A stretch of DNA of 64,000 nucleotides from Octopus vulgaris (lineage: Eukaryota), in NCBI GenBank assembly GCA_951406725.2, contig OX597831.1, positions 50,282,001 to 50,346,000 of the forward strand, read 5' to 3'. The notes under the pieces are model-generated. The model did no database searches. It was not told the origin of the DNA and was given only the letters and a program-made list of their open reading frames with translations. Below are positions 1-13,239 of this stretch, piece after piece. Both the position numbers and the translations under genes were made by a program. How positions within the stretch are numbered: position 1 is the first letter of the stretch; every line of letters starts with the position of its first letter.

Positions 1-451
1 TTCATGTAATATAACACCGACATTTATAATTACAAGAACAAAAAGAACCTAAATGATTTGATCCAATTGCAACTACACACCTTAAAAGGAAAATACCAAA
101 ACAGAATTGAATACAATAAAAGAATAAAAGCAAACAAAAGTTTTTGTGTGTGTGTAGCATTCACTACTGTTATTTTAATCTCGACCAGAAATGACGAAGT
201 GGTGGATAAATTTTAAGCTGATTTCAAGAAATAGAGGTCAAAGTGAATGTGGGTGATTTGTTTGGATTGGCTAAGAATAGCTGAGAGCCGCGTTGAAAAT
301 CGATTAATAAATCCGAAGATTTCAGGAAAATATATCATAACTGGAATTTTTCAGATTTAGGTAATCAGTTTAGATTCAACAAAAAGATTGGCTCTGTAAA
401 AATTTCAGTGATACGCACGGATACTTGCCTTCATTTCATTTTATTCCGTGT

Positions 452-1040
<589 letters not shown>

Positions 1041-1590
1041 GAACTTTAAATTGTATTATATTGATTACAAGCGGTACCTGTGGAAATTACAAGTTCGTTT
1101 CGAATATTGTATGATGAAATTCTATATTTTTATGAAACATTTGATTATTGAAAAGATTTGAAAATTTACATAGGCATTATTATTATATTATATTATATTA
1201 TATTATATTATATTATATATTATATTAGATCATATTATCATTGTACCGACCAGATCAGAGGCTGATATTATAAAACGCATATCATGATGCGGTTTCTCGC
1301 AACGCTGTAGCTTTGGAATGATGCTACGTCGCTAGCTAGGTAGACAAGCTAAAATTCTCCCTAAATGGAACGCATGTCTGTCTTAGGGTTTGAGCGGACT
1401 ACAGCAAGCTGAAATGAAGCATTATGCTCGAGGAAAGAACGTACCACCAGTCTGGGAATGGAAACCACGACGTTGTGATCGCGAGAAAAATACTTTACCC
1501 ACCTGGTTATAACTTGTAATGGACGCACACGCACACATCAAGAAATACATAGATAAATAAACTCTCACTCTCTCCTTCACACACACACTA

Positions 1591-1995
1591 TTTTTACTCT
1601 TTTTACTCTTTTACTTGTTTCAGTCATTTGACTGCGGCCATGCTGGAGCACCGCCTTTAGTCGAGCAAATAAGCCCAGTACTTATTCTATCGGTCTCTTT
1701 TGCCGAACCGCTAAGTGACGGGGAGGTAAACACACCAGCATCGGTTGTCAAGCAATGCTAGGGGGACAAACACACACAAACACACACACACACACACACA
1801 TATATATGTATATATATATATATATATATACATATATACGACAGGCTTCTTTCAGTTTCCGTCTACCAAATCCACTCACAAGGCATTGGTCGGCCCGAGG
1901 CTATAGCAGAAGACACTTACCCAAGGTGCCACGCAGTGGGACTGAACCCGGAACCACGTTGTTGGTTAGCAAGCTACTTACCACACAGCCACTCC
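1591..1995 (-). mobile_element. tRNA-derived SINE, family C (CORE-like domain, internal microsatellite)
   Basis: Reverse complement of the copy at 5910-6323; head GGAGTGGCTGTGTGGTAAGTAGCTTG...GGTTCAGTCCC; CACCTTGGGTAAGTGTCTT. Confidence 0.85.
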
Positions 1996-2014
1996 ACACA
2001 TATAAATTCATATA

Positions 2015-2465
2015 AAGGATGGAATACACCCACCACCCGCTAATTTACACAGTGTATACACGCATGCAGCAGCTTCTACACACGCCACCTTTAATTACAG
2101 AAACACATCTTGACAGAGACAAAAACACACCTGTGACGCAGTTTCACACACACTCAGTCATATACACGCGCATACATTACTTTCAAACACACACATTACT
2201 TTCCCACGCACAGTGTAGCCAGGTCTCTCTTGCCATTCACACATCCAGCCACCTCCTTTCTTTGCGATCAATTCAATATGTAGCGCCATTAATTCAAACA
2301 TGATTTCCTTTCTTTCCATCAGATTTCTCTTCCCATGTCTTTGTCTAGAAGAGCGTGGGCTTGAAACGTTAAAGACTTATTACATTCTTCCCCGAGCGTT
2401 AAACTACTATAAATTGTTTATTGTCTCTTCAACTGCTTCAGTATATTTGCTTGTATACTTTGAAC

Positions 2466-2466
<1 letters not shown>
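2015..2466 (+). mobile_element. Decayed PLE-derived 3' fragment with a degenerate hammerhead-like motif at 2337-2376
   Basis: GAAGAGCGTGGGCTTGAAACGTTAAAGAC...CCCGAGCGTTAAACTA closely matches 41632-41690; ends in (CA)n. Confidence 0.5.
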
Positions 2467-2497
<31 letters not shown>

Positions 2498-2523
2498 TAC
2501 ATACATACATACATACATACATA

Positions 2524-3055
2524 CAGGGTGTCCGAAAAAGATGTACTCACTCTTTGACAGACGATGTACGGGCTTACCTCGATGGAGCAAATCCAAACAA
2601 ATGGATTGGATGGAGAGGTAGCGTAAAATTTCCTGCACGGTTCCCACTACCTCACGCCAATGGATTTTTTTATAGGGACATCTCAAAGATATAGTTTACA
2701 CGGCAAAACCAGTGACAATTGATGATTTGCAAAAAGGAAATTTAAATACGAAGTCTTACAATTCCAAATGAAATGTTTGGCAATGTTGTCGAGTCCACTG
2801 TTGGACGTTATCAGCTTTGTTTGGAAAATAAAGGAAGGCAGTTTGAACATTTACGAACACGCAGGAATGAGAGAGAACATTAAATAATTCTAAATGACAA
2901 TAAATAATCGTTTAATCGTTTCTACAATAATTTATTTTCCTGAATTTAATTTAACTTTTTTAGGATTGTATGTAAATCAATAAACATTTACTTGAACACA
3001 AAATGCATGAGTACTGGGAAGTCAAAGAGTCAGTACATCTTTTTGGGACACCCTG
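2524..3055 (+). mobile_element. Internally deleted Tc1/mariner-superfamily DNA transposon
   Basis: TIRs CAGGGTGTCCGAAAAAGATGTACTCACTCTTTGAC / GTCAAAGAGTCAGTACATCTTTTTGGGACACCCTG with flanking TA; decayed transposase C-terminus WIG..G...FPARS..LTPMDFF..GHLKDIVY..KP.TIDDL. Confidence 0.9.
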
Positions 3056-3104
3056 TATGTATGTATGTATATATATATATATATATTGTGTGTGTATGTG
3101 TGTC

Positions 3105-3302
3105 ACCCCCTTCGGTCAAGAATGACCATGGGATTGCACCTAGAAGGTTACCCTTCAAGGCACAAGTCTGGGCAAGGTTATTTATGGAAGACCAGCAGTC
3201 GCCCACGCATACCAGCCTCCTCTCTCCACGCCACTGATGTTATCCAAGGGAGAGGCAAAGGCCGATACAGCTTGGCACCAGTGACGTCGCAGCTCATTTA
3301 TT
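3105..3302 (-). mobile_element. SINE family D 3' part (same family as 55292-55562)
   Basis: AATGACCATG...CCTTCAAGGCACAAGT...CCACTGATGTTATCCAA shared with 55298-55425. Confidence 0.7.
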
Positions 3303-3304
3303 AA

Positions 3305-3607
3305 TTTGCAGGTGGCTCAGCACTCTACAGACACGTGTTCCCTTAACGTAGTTCTCGGGGTGATTCAGCGTGACACAGAGTGTGACAAGGCTGGCCCTTT
3401 GAAATACAGGTACAACAGAAACAGGAAGATAGAGTGAAAGTTGTGGTGAAAGAGTGCAGCAGGGTTCACCACCACCCCCTGCCGGAGCCTCGTGAAGTTT
3501 CAGGTATTTTCGCTCAAAAAACACTCACAATGCCCGGTCTGGGAATCGACACCGCGATCCTATGACCGCGAGTCCGCTGCCATAACCACTGAGCCATTGT
3601 GCTTCCA
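3305..3607 (-). mobile_element. tRNA-derived SINE, family B
   Basis: Reverse complement of the head at 5573-5760 (A/B boxes TGG.CAGTGGTTA...TTCGATTCCC). Confidence 0.85.
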
Positions 3608-3664
3608 CACACACATACACACGCACACACACACACACACACACTCACACACACACACACACAT

Positions 3665-3706
<42 letters not shown>

Positions 3707-3731
3707 TTTGATACTTTGATACTTTGATACT

Positions 3732-3765
<34 letters not shown>

Positions 3766-3852
3766 TGTGTATATATATGTATATATATATACATACATAT
3801 ATGTGTATATATATGTATATATATATATACATACATATATATACATATATAT

Positions 3853-4050
3853 GTGACCACGTGTGTACCGTTGGCGATTTTATTTTCCTCCGTCTTCCTT
3901 TCTCTGGATCTTTCCTTTTCCTATGTTTCTGACGAAGAGCTCCGCTCGAAACGTAAAACCCTCCTTCTTCCTTTAGCGTCCAATAATACTATAATTGTTC
4001 CACGTCCTCGCGTTGTTGTGTTTTCTCTTTGTGTTTTCATGTTTGGATAA
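3853..4050 (+). mobile_element. ~200-bp PLE/retrozyme-like insert between (TA)n arrays
   Basis: Unique sequence flanked by (TA)n on both sides and carrying a hammerhead motif. Confidence 0.65.
3925..3959 (+). ncRNA. Minimal type-I hammerhead ribozyme motif
   Basis: GTTT-CTGACGA-A-GAGC TCC GCTC-GAAA-CG-TA^-AAAC: stem I GTTT/AAAC, stem II GAGC/GCTC, palindromic ACGT stem III, GUA site. Confidence 0.8.
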
Positions 4051-4572
4051 TATATATATATATATATATATATCCATACTCATAGACATAGTTTAAAGAT
4101 TTGGAAACTAAAGTAAATCTTAATGTGCTTTAAGATGAATATTGTAAATTAACGAACATATTTGATTAATGAACAATTCATGAATCACCGAATCAAGGCA
4201 GAAAGAATTTTTAGCTTCTGTGCTTGTGATTTGCTCATTCTCTGAATCACGTTGCTTGAAGTAAAACCTGTCACCGTAGCGATAAATTATGCAATTAATT
4301 ACGAAGCCATTCTTCGGGCGTCTTCACTGTTACTTGAGATTCATAACGGTTTTAATATTTTGAATATTTCCGAAAGTCGATTGAAAATACATCATACATA
4401 AATTATATCCAGCACTGCGCTGAGCCTTAACCAATAATTATTATTATGTGGTGAAACGCTTTAAGTAGTCAGGAAAAGCCAAAATAGAGTGTTACATTAA
4501 ACAAGAGCAAGCGAAGGATTGTTATAGCATACATGAGTGAGTATTTAATCGTTTAAAAGAGCATATAGTCAT

Positions 4573-4605
<33 letters not shown>

Positions 4606-4621
4606 CACATACACACACACA

Positions 4622-4657
<36 letters not shown>

Positions 4658-4660
4658 TAT

Positions 4661-4693
<33 letters not shown>

Positions 4694-4704
4694 TGTATAT
4701 ATAT

Positions 4705-5476
4705 ATTGTTGTATTTGGGGATGGTCATGCTGCCAGTTTAGCCCATAAGATACACGCACTATATATCTGGTGTTAATTTGCTTCAGTTTTATTTATTTTT
4801 ACGTTAATCGTATTTCGGCCAGAGTTCTTTCGTCACACTTCTGTGACCTCATCAGTAGTCCTTTGCTTTCTTCTTTCTTATTTATGTGTCTTTCCTTACT
4901 AATGATCAGCCATTTTATATTTTGTATTCCTATTGTATGTCTTTATTTGCGCATGCGTATACCCCTATGTGTGTCTATGTTTAGTCGGTGCGTGTGTGGG
5001 AGGAGTGTCTGTATTATCTGTATCTCCTGTTTATACACGTTCGTTTAATATGTATTTTTTTCATGAGTTCATACCTACATTTTCCTTTTTTTTTTGTATT
5101 TAATTTAATTTTATTAACATATATAGTTATTTAATTCCATTTGTTTATCTGTGTATTGTATTATATTTTGTTATCAGTTAATGGGGATCTTATTCTGTCA
5201 TATTTTGTGGTGTTTTGGGCGTGTTTGCTAGCACACACCCCAACACACCACAAACAACATATGACAGAATAAGATCCCCATAAACTAATAACAATATGAA
5301 CAACATATAATACAATACACAGATAAACGAATGGAATTAAATAACTATATACGGTAACAAATTAACACCAAATATATAGTACGTGTGTTTTATTGGCTAA
5401 GCTGGCAACATGACCATCCCCAAATACAACAATATCTGTTTCAACACACGGTTTCACATCAAGAATCTTGCCAAAC

Positions 5477-5480
<4 letters not shown>
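4705..5480 (+). mobile_element. PLE-type fold-back insertion in (TA)n
   Basis: Outer inverted repeat ~4705-4782/~5358-5432, inner palindrome ~5120-5351 centred on GCTAGC (~5230), one-sided tail ~5433-5480, hammerhead in left arm. Confidence 0.75.
4817..4861 (-). ncRNA. Type-I hammerhead ribozyme motif
   Basis: Minus strand GGACTA-CTGATGA-G-GTCACA GAAG TGTGAC-GAAA-GAAC-TC^-TGGCC; canonical core and 6-bp stem II, weak stem I. Confidence 0.65.
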
Positions 5481-5572
<92 letters not shown>

Positions 5573-5574
<2 letters not shown>

Positions 5575-5883
5575 AGGCGCAATGTCCTAGTGGTTAGGGC
5601 AGCGGACTCGCGGTTGTAGGATCGCGGTTTCAATTCCCAGACCGGGCGTTGTGAGTGTTTATTGAGCGAAAACACCTAAATCCCCACGAGGCTCCGGCAG
5701 TGGGTGGTGGCGATCCCTGCTGTACTCTTTCGCCGCAAATTTCTCTCACTCTTTCTTCTGTTGGCCTGCTCGCTTAGCCAGCGGGGTGGCGTCATTTGAA
5801 GGCTAAAACAATGCGAAGCGCATTGTGACCAGCGATGTGTAGCAACATCTAATAGCCTGGTCGGTCACGGTGATCACGGTGAT
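5573..5883 (+). mobile_element. tRNA-derived SINE, family B, tail type 1
   Basis: GGAGGCGCAATGTCCTAGTGGTTAGGGCAGCGGACTCGCGG...GTTTCAATTCCCAGACCGGGCG; same tail as 31125-31245. Confidence 0.9.
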
Positions 5884-5909
5884 ATATATATATATACGAT
5901 ATATATGTA

Positions 5910-6323
5910 GGCGCAGGAGTGGCTGTGTGGTAAGTAGCTTGTTTACCAACCACATGGTTCCAGGTTCATTCCCACTGCGTGGCACCTTGGGCAAGTGTCT
6001 TCTATTATAGCCTCGGGCCGACCAAAGCCTTGTGAGTAGATTTGGTAGACGGAAACTGAAAGAAGCCCGTCGTATATATGTATATATATATATGTGTGTG
6101 TGTGTGTGTGCGTGTATGTTTGTGTGTCTGTGTTTGTCCCCCTAGCATTGCTTGACAACCGATGCTGGTGTGTTTATGTCCCCGTCACTTAGCGGTTCGG
6201 CAAAAGAGACCGATAGAATAAGTACTGGGCTTACAAAGAACAAGTCCCGGGGTCGAGTTGCTCGATTAAAGGCGGTGCTCCAGCATGGCCGCAGTCGAAA
6301 TGACTGAAAAAAAAAAAGAGAAA
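5910..6323 (+). mobile_element. tRNA-derived SINE, family C (full length)
   Basis: GGCGCAGGAGTGGCTGTGTGGTAAGTAGCTTG head, CACCTTGGGCAAGTGTCTT, internal (TA)/(TG)n, A-rich tail; several copies in window. Confidence 0.9.
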
Positions 6324-8136
6324 GATATACCAGGTTACTGAAATTATGTTTGTAACACGAGAGAGAATTTGTTTCTCTAAAGTAACTGCACTGCAGTGAA
6401 TTTGTCTTTAGAAGTTGAAATATACCATAAACATATTTGAACCAACTTAAAGTTCGCTTATACCTAAACATTGCTTGTTACTGATACTGCTTAATCTTTC
6501 CAGATCTGGCGGTCTAATACTGCAACTCAGTCAACATATGTGACTGGCTTTTAGTTAAATCTACCACTTTAAATCTGCCCATTGTGTATATATATAGTAT
6601 ATCTGCAGAAGATATAATCTCCTATGCTTAAGATATTAATTGAGAAGCACTTCCAACAAACACTTCAAAAGGGTAATACTTGAGACCCGTTAAGTTCATT
6701 GAAATGTAGGATTAAACGTGAAAAAATTATAATTTTGAAACAAAAATTGAAATAACTAAAAGAATAAATAAGAAAAAAAAACTTTCCTCCACCTCACAAA
6801 ACCAGAAATCTGAAGATATTTTAAATATCATAAATCTGCATAAAATCACATTGTGTTCCTGAAGTGAAGCGATCTGCAATTTTTTATCGCTTAATCAGAA
6901 GAGGAAGAAAAGCTCTAGTAGGAGAAAGGAAGGTCAGCGTCCTGGTCAGAAATCCTATAACAAAGAGGAGGCTATCCAAAGACCTTGTTATAGTGTTAAA
7001 GTAGAGGAGGGATATTCATACAATTTTGGTCGACTTTCGACTATGGTTGCAAAACTTTATCCATTACGCATTACTGATACCAATTTCAGAAATTATATGG
7101 ATGTGAAGTGAATACATTAACTGTGCAAACATCTACGTTGAGCTACCTTGTTCGTCATACATTACAGAGAATAACGATAGTCTTTGCTGGTAATCTTACA
7201 ATCGATTGACTTTTCTATAAATGTAGAATATGGTGAAATTACGACAGTACGGGCAAAAAAATATTCAAAATGCATCACATTATTTTTGTAGCTCACTCTT
7301 ACGAGTTCAATTCTTTCCAGCGTTTCTATTTCCATTTATATATGTGATTCCGCAAGACAAATCCTTCAAAGATAACGAATAAACCCACGGATACCCATTC
7401 TGCTTAGTAAATGAAGATGCCACGCATAAGCTCACAGGAACGAAGTCTCTTAGTTGTGAAGCGATGCTCTTAACTGTATAACCATTGCTGGGTTTCGCCC
7501 ATATGTGCTGCGTATATTGCAGATATTAATGGACGTCTTCAGGAGTGCCCCTACAATCCACTCTATACATAGTCAAGTAGGGGGAATTTATTGCAATACG
7601 GATAATAAATAATTTGTGTCATTCAAATGTGTGATACCTGTAAGACAAATGGATAATGGGTATATTCAATCAATATTATAACATTAAAAATTGGCTCTGA
7701 GCTCACTAAGAGAAAACGGCATTTAGAAGATCACCCTAATTTCTTTTTCGGTAGATATCCATTAGCAGTATAATTGCTTGCATTAATTAAAAGCAAGTTG
7801 TAGAAGAATAGCTATCATACAGCTGGCGATATAGAGACATTTAATTGCAGAGCACTACAGTGATATTCCGCTTTGCAGACACTATCAACAGCCTTAATTA
7901 CAGGCATGTATAGTTTGAATGATAATACGCCATTTCAATATGCCAGCATGATTACATATTAGTTTGCTTTATCTTTACGGAGGTTTAATATTCTGCTGTC
8001 CACTGGATTCTTAAACAAACCTTCTTAATCACACATACTTACGTAGTTCGTACATGCATGCATGCATACATACATGTAAATAATACTACTACTAACGCTC
8101 CTACCACAAACGCTACTACTAATAGCCGCAATTTAA

Positions 8137-8518
8137 AGGCGGCTGGTTGGCAGAAACGTTAGCACGCTACGTTCTGAGTTCAAATTCCGCCGAGGTCGAC
8201 TTTGCCTTTCATCCTTTCGGAGTCGATAAATTAAGTACCAGTTACGCACTGGGGTAGATGTAATCGACTTAATCCGTTTGTCTGTCCTTGTTTGTTCTCT
8301 CTGTGTGTAGCCCCTTGTGGGTAATAAAGAAATAGGTATTTCGTCTGCCGCTACGTTCTGAGTTCAAATTCCGCCGAGGTCGACTTTGCCTTTCATTCTT
8401 TCGGAGTCGATAAATTAAGTACCAGTTACGCACTGGAGTCGATATAATCGACTTAATCCGTTTGTCTGTCCTTGTTTGTCTCCCCTATGTTTAGCCCCTG
8501 GTGGGCAATAAAGAAATA
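8137..8518 (+). mobile_element. SINE family A (Meta-domain-like core), partial tandem dimer
   Basis: Two successive copies of CTACGTTCTGAGTTCAAATTCCGCCGAGGTCGACTTTGCCTTTCAT.CTTTCGGAGTCGATAAATTAAGTACCAG...GCCCCT.GTGGG.AATAAAGAAAT. Confidence 0.88.
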
Positions 8519-8757
8519 ACAAATAACTACTAATAGATGCAATAGCATCAGTAATATCACCTCCTCTCCCACTGCTAATACTAACATTACTACTAATAAT
8601 GCTACTACCGCCACTGCTACTACTACTGCTACTACTACTACTAGTAATAATAATAATAATAGCGATGCAATAATCATAGTAATGGTGACGCTGGCGTTGA
8701 TATTAATAGCAGAAATGATAGCAATGACAACAGCAATATCAGGAACGATTCACCTAA

Positions 8758-9228
8758 TACTACCCTAACCACTACCAGCACTACCTCATTACTCTCTCTC
8801 CAATTAGCCATCGTAAAACTGATAGCTGCAACTGCAGATCTAGGACAGACTGCCCGCTGCAAGCCCATTGCGGAAGATTCAACGTCGCACATCAATGCAC
8901 CGTTCACAGCACAGTAAATAACACGTATAGCTACTACAGTGAATCGATCACAAATTTTAAACAAAAATATTATGCACACTTAAACTCGTCTAGATATAAA
9001 GATAATAGCAATTCCACATCACTATATAAAGAGAATAACAATTCCAACCACGTACACCATCAAATTAAACGGAAAATACAATATAGACTTTCCTGGGCTA
9101 TATCCTGGGCTATATCAGACTCTGGCATCCCATATCAGGGCCAGCACTCCATTTGTGGACTCTGCTTAAAAGAAACAGTGAAAATTTTATCCCTTAATAA
9201 TCCCAACGAAAACCTCACAACGTGTTGA
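8758..9228 (+). pseudogene. Decayed PLE C-terminal GIY-YIG endonuclease (not in ORF track; no start codon)
   Basis: Open frame reads SCNCRSRTDCPLQAHCGRFNVAHQCTV...TYSYYSESITNFKQKYYAHLNSSRY...STSL...YRLSWAI...IPY...ICGLCLKETVKIL...NPNENLTTC*; colinear with the 22288-22929 protein; preceded by N/S/T-rich low-complexity sequence. Confidence 0.8.
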
Positions 9229-9574
9229 CAAATTATTCCATATATCTAAAGGTAACTTCACCCCCGCCCCTCCCCACCACGAATAACGCTCACATACAAA
9301 CCTACTTGATCGTTAACACATAAACCTCTATATCTCTTCTAGCCAGCTTTCCTTATCACTTTATAAGAGAAATATTAATTCATTTTTAAACCTTAATCTA
9401 ATAAATCCCCTAATATTTAATTCTAATATTTAATGCAACTAGTTTCTCCATTAACGACTACCTACCCACTCAAAATCACATTGCTAAAAGCAATTCTACA
9501 GTCACTGACCTTAGCCAGAATGGACACAAGTAGTTACTACTAGATTTCCTCCCCAACTCCTCTAGACTAGAAAA

Positions 9575-9800
9575 ATACCTATTTCTTTATTACACACAAG
9601 GGGCTAAACACAGAGGGGACAAACAAGGACAGACATAGGTATTAAGTCGATTACATCGACCCCAGTGCGTAACTGGTACTTAATTTATCGACCCCGAAAG
9701 GATGAAAGGCAAAGTCGCCCTCGGCGGAATTTGAACTCACAACGTAACGCAGACGAAATACCGCTAAGCATTTTGCCCTGCGTGCTAACGTTTCTGCCAC
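9575..9800 (-). mobile_element. SINE family A
   Basis: Reverse complement of 8137-8340 including tail. Confidence 0.88.
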
Positions 9801-10247
9801 TGGCACCTACTATTCTCTTTAAATTCCTTTCATTTTACTTTATTTTGTTTATTTTGCTTTTTTTACGTTATCTTCCTTTACCTTATCCTCCTCTCTCTCT
9901 TCTTGGCTGTTTTTGTACACTATATTCTTAGACGATATATTTCTAAATACCTTACTTTATCCTTAACGCCAATCCTTAACTTCCTTCATCATTCTCTCTA
10001 CCTCTCTTTCTATTTATTTACTTTTCTTTCATTTTACCACTTAGCCAACCCTGCTCCTATTCTGTTGTTGATCGTTTATATGTTTGCGTCTATTTCTGGA
10101 TATTTATCTATCAGGACTTGAATCTACCTTAAGCAGGATTGCACCTAAGGACTTACAGACTTACTTCTACATGATCGGAAAGATGAACTGTGAAATTTTA
10201 CGCTTCTTTTTTCTTCTGTTTCTTCATCTCTCTATTCATTTACTCCT

Positions 10248-10580
10248 CTAACCTCTAACCTTAACCCTAACACTATCCCCTAACACTAACCCTAAACCTA
10301 AACCTAAGCCTCACCCTAAACCTAACCCTAAAGCTAACCCTAAAGCTAACCCTAACGCTAACCCAACATAACCCTAACCCTAAAGCTAACCCTAACCCTA
10401 ACTCTAACCCTAACCCTAACCCTAGCCCTAACATTAACCCTTACCTTAACCCTAATCCTAACCCCTAATCCATATCCCCGAACCCTAACACTACCCCTAA
10501 ACCCTAACCCAAATCCTAACCCTAACCCTAACACTAAACCCTAACCTAACCCTAACTCTAACTATAACCCTAACCCGAAC
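10248..10580. repeat. Degenerate (CCCTAA)n telomere-like tandem repeat
   Basis: ~330 bp of TAACCC hexamers with variants (TAAACC, TAAAGC, TAACAC, TAATCC). Confidence 0.9.
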
Positions 10581-10686
10581 ACTTCAAATTTCTTTCGAAA
10601 TAACGTTTGTTTACTCGCAAGAATATTTGTTGTTTCAGGTATATTTGGGGGCGATATATCATTATATGCCAATGTTTATATAAACC

Positions 10687-10942
10687 TGGAGTCGCGTGTC
10701 TTAGTGGTTATGCTGTCAGCATTGTGATCGTAAGATTGTGGTTCCGATTCCTGGACCGAGCGATGCGTTGTGTTCTTGAGCAAAACACTCCGTTTCAAGT
10801 TGCTCCAGTCCACTCAGCTAGCACACATGAGTAACTCTGCGATGGACTGGCGTCCCGTCCAGCTGGGGAACACATACGCCATTGAAACCGGGAAACCGGG
10901 CCCATGAGCCTGGCTAAGCTTTAAAAGGGTGCATTTATTTTT
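10687..10942 (+). mobile_element. tRNA-derived SINE with V-domain-like tail
   Basis: tRNA-like head TAGTGGTTA...GGTTCCGATTCC; CTGCGATGGACTGGCGTCCCGTCCAG; tail repeated at 14975-15085. Confidence 0.8.
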
Positions 10943-13239
10943 TAAAAATTATTAGAGATTGTATCAAAAATTGTTAAAATTATTTTGTGTATTGTCGGAT
11001 AGTAGCCAGGTTTTTGGATGTACATGTTAACAACAATCTTGTCTTTTAACAACGATCTTATGTAGACCCCCAATGGTCATATGGACCCCGATTGAGGACA
11101 ACTGCGATAAGCATTCAGGCACAATTTTTCAACGTGTTTTAACATTGGCATCATGTTTAAAATAACGGCTTTCAAAATATTAAAAACTTTACCGTATGTA
11201 TCTACAACTTCCATTAACTACAATAAGAAAAACAGGAATATTTTAGGCGTTACTTCATTGATATATATCTCCGTTTACTAAATGGTGCCGGAATTATTTA
11301 GCATTTCGGTTCGGCAAGAATATATTTTGAATACAGCCGTATATTGGGTTTTTAATGAGCTTGGTCGATAACTAACTTCTGTGAGATTCCCATACGTTCA
11401 ATAAGCTAGTATAAACGGAAATAAAAATTGAGTTCACGCAACTTTCTTTACAATGTAAATAATGTGTCTTGTTATATCGATGTTAGGGGAAAATACCCGA
11501 AATGTTTCAGATCTAAAAAATACAAAAATAAAATAAATGGTGCTATCTTTAAACTATGGATATAGTATGTATAACCTTTATCTTTTATTAGGTAACCTTT
11601 AAAGTAGCCGTGTGAATTGCTTTGTATATTCTATATGCAGAACAAGTGTTTTTGACAGTTTAGCTTTAAAAGAAGTTCAATTACATTTACAACGAATACC
11701 TATGCCGTCAGAAAACTTGAAAGTTTTTTTCCTTTTGCCTAGAGCTGAGAATAAATGACTAACGTCTATTTTAAAACTAATCAAAAGACGGGGAAATGGC
11801 AATTGTTAAATTTAGCCAGAACCGAACATACGAATCAAGAGAGCTGTACTGGAAAAAAATACAATACTAATGACGTAATTACGTTATATTTAAAACTAAT
11901 ACCGTTGTGGTATTCGATATTTCCAGTAATAGTATATGGCAAAAGACTAAAAACAACCAACATTTAAAGACAAAAAGAGTGCCAATATGATGGCATCGAC
12001 AAATCATAAAGTAGACTCAGCATCACGTTATTGAACAACTGTTCAACAGACATGACCTATTCGATTAGCTCGGAAAGTTTTTTAAAGCGAAAAATAGTAA
12101 CACAAAAAAGAGAAAATTCGACAACTACGTATGTAGGCATATTCAACTCTTGACATAGACGAAGAGTATAATAAATATATTAAATAATGTAGTTTGTTTT
12201 TTCCTAAAGTTAAATACCGACAAATACAGGCGTGCCCCTTGCAATCAGATTTCTTTGAACAGGCACAATGATTTAAAAAATCCAACTTATTTGTTTATAT
12301 CTTCCACTTTTCAGTAATTGATCTTGCTTCTAATTAAAATAATTCTTCAAAATATATGACTGTATATGGTGCAGTTATATATTTTGACATGAGAAAATAT
12401 AAAGTATTACAACAGACAACGCATTTAGAGTCGATGGCGTTATTTGTGTGATCAACTTCTCTTTTACGCTGATATATTGTCTGAAATTGTTGCCTGGTGG
12501 CAGCCATCTATTAAACATCTCAGGATGTTTTTACTCACGATGATTAAATTATGCGATTAGCTAAACATATAACAAAAAAAAACTGTTTAAAAATTCTTTA
12601 GAAATTTTAAAGTAGAAAGTACGATAAATCATGTTTGATAGAATGTGTATTTCCATGATCACGAGATTTTCAAAACACTTTAGAAATATTACTGTTGTTT
12701 CAAATTAGGAAAATATCAACCCACAAAACAGAGAGATTCTGATACTGAAAATGTTGTTTGCAATATAATGAAGCCTGCAATCATAAGAAAGAGAAACGAA
12801 TTTTTGATAAGCTGTTTTAAATTTGGATATAACATAGAGAAAATTCACTTTAATACATTTTAGCTTTTGCAGTAAAAACTTAACATGTATGTGGAATCAG
12901 CAATGACTCATGAAATACATTCACACATTAATGTTATAAACGTTTGCATAAAAACTAACTGTACCATATTGAGAAGAATCTCCAATGCTCTGAACACACA
13001 GAGCACTGAACATAAATTTTAATGTCTGATTAAAAACAACGGAAGAAAATCATTGACTAAGCCATATTTAGAATAATAAACCAGCAAAATGATTTGGACG
13101 TTTTTATAAAATCAATTTTAGACAAGATAATTAAAGACACAAGGTTAAATACAAGTTTGGACCATTACAAAAAAATGTCGGGTTATAGATTGCTTCAAAT
13201 AAAACGGAAAAAGCTAACTGTAAATACGTCTATTTCAGC

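Noticed and set aside
5573-5650. tRNA-like sequences as real tRNA genes
   Set aside because: They continue into multi-copy SINE bodies and lack a proper cloverleaf and terminator.
6330-8030. Unique-looking region with an SGVP-like snippet near 7540
   Set aside because: Too little colinear similarity to call a LINE RT or a host exon.
9223-9231. In-frame TGA after Cys in the GIY-YIG remnant as possible selenocysteine
   Set aside because: It aligns to the middle residue of the terminal CxH motif, so CGA>TGA decay is simpler; no SECIS was recognised and the catalytic motifs are decayed.
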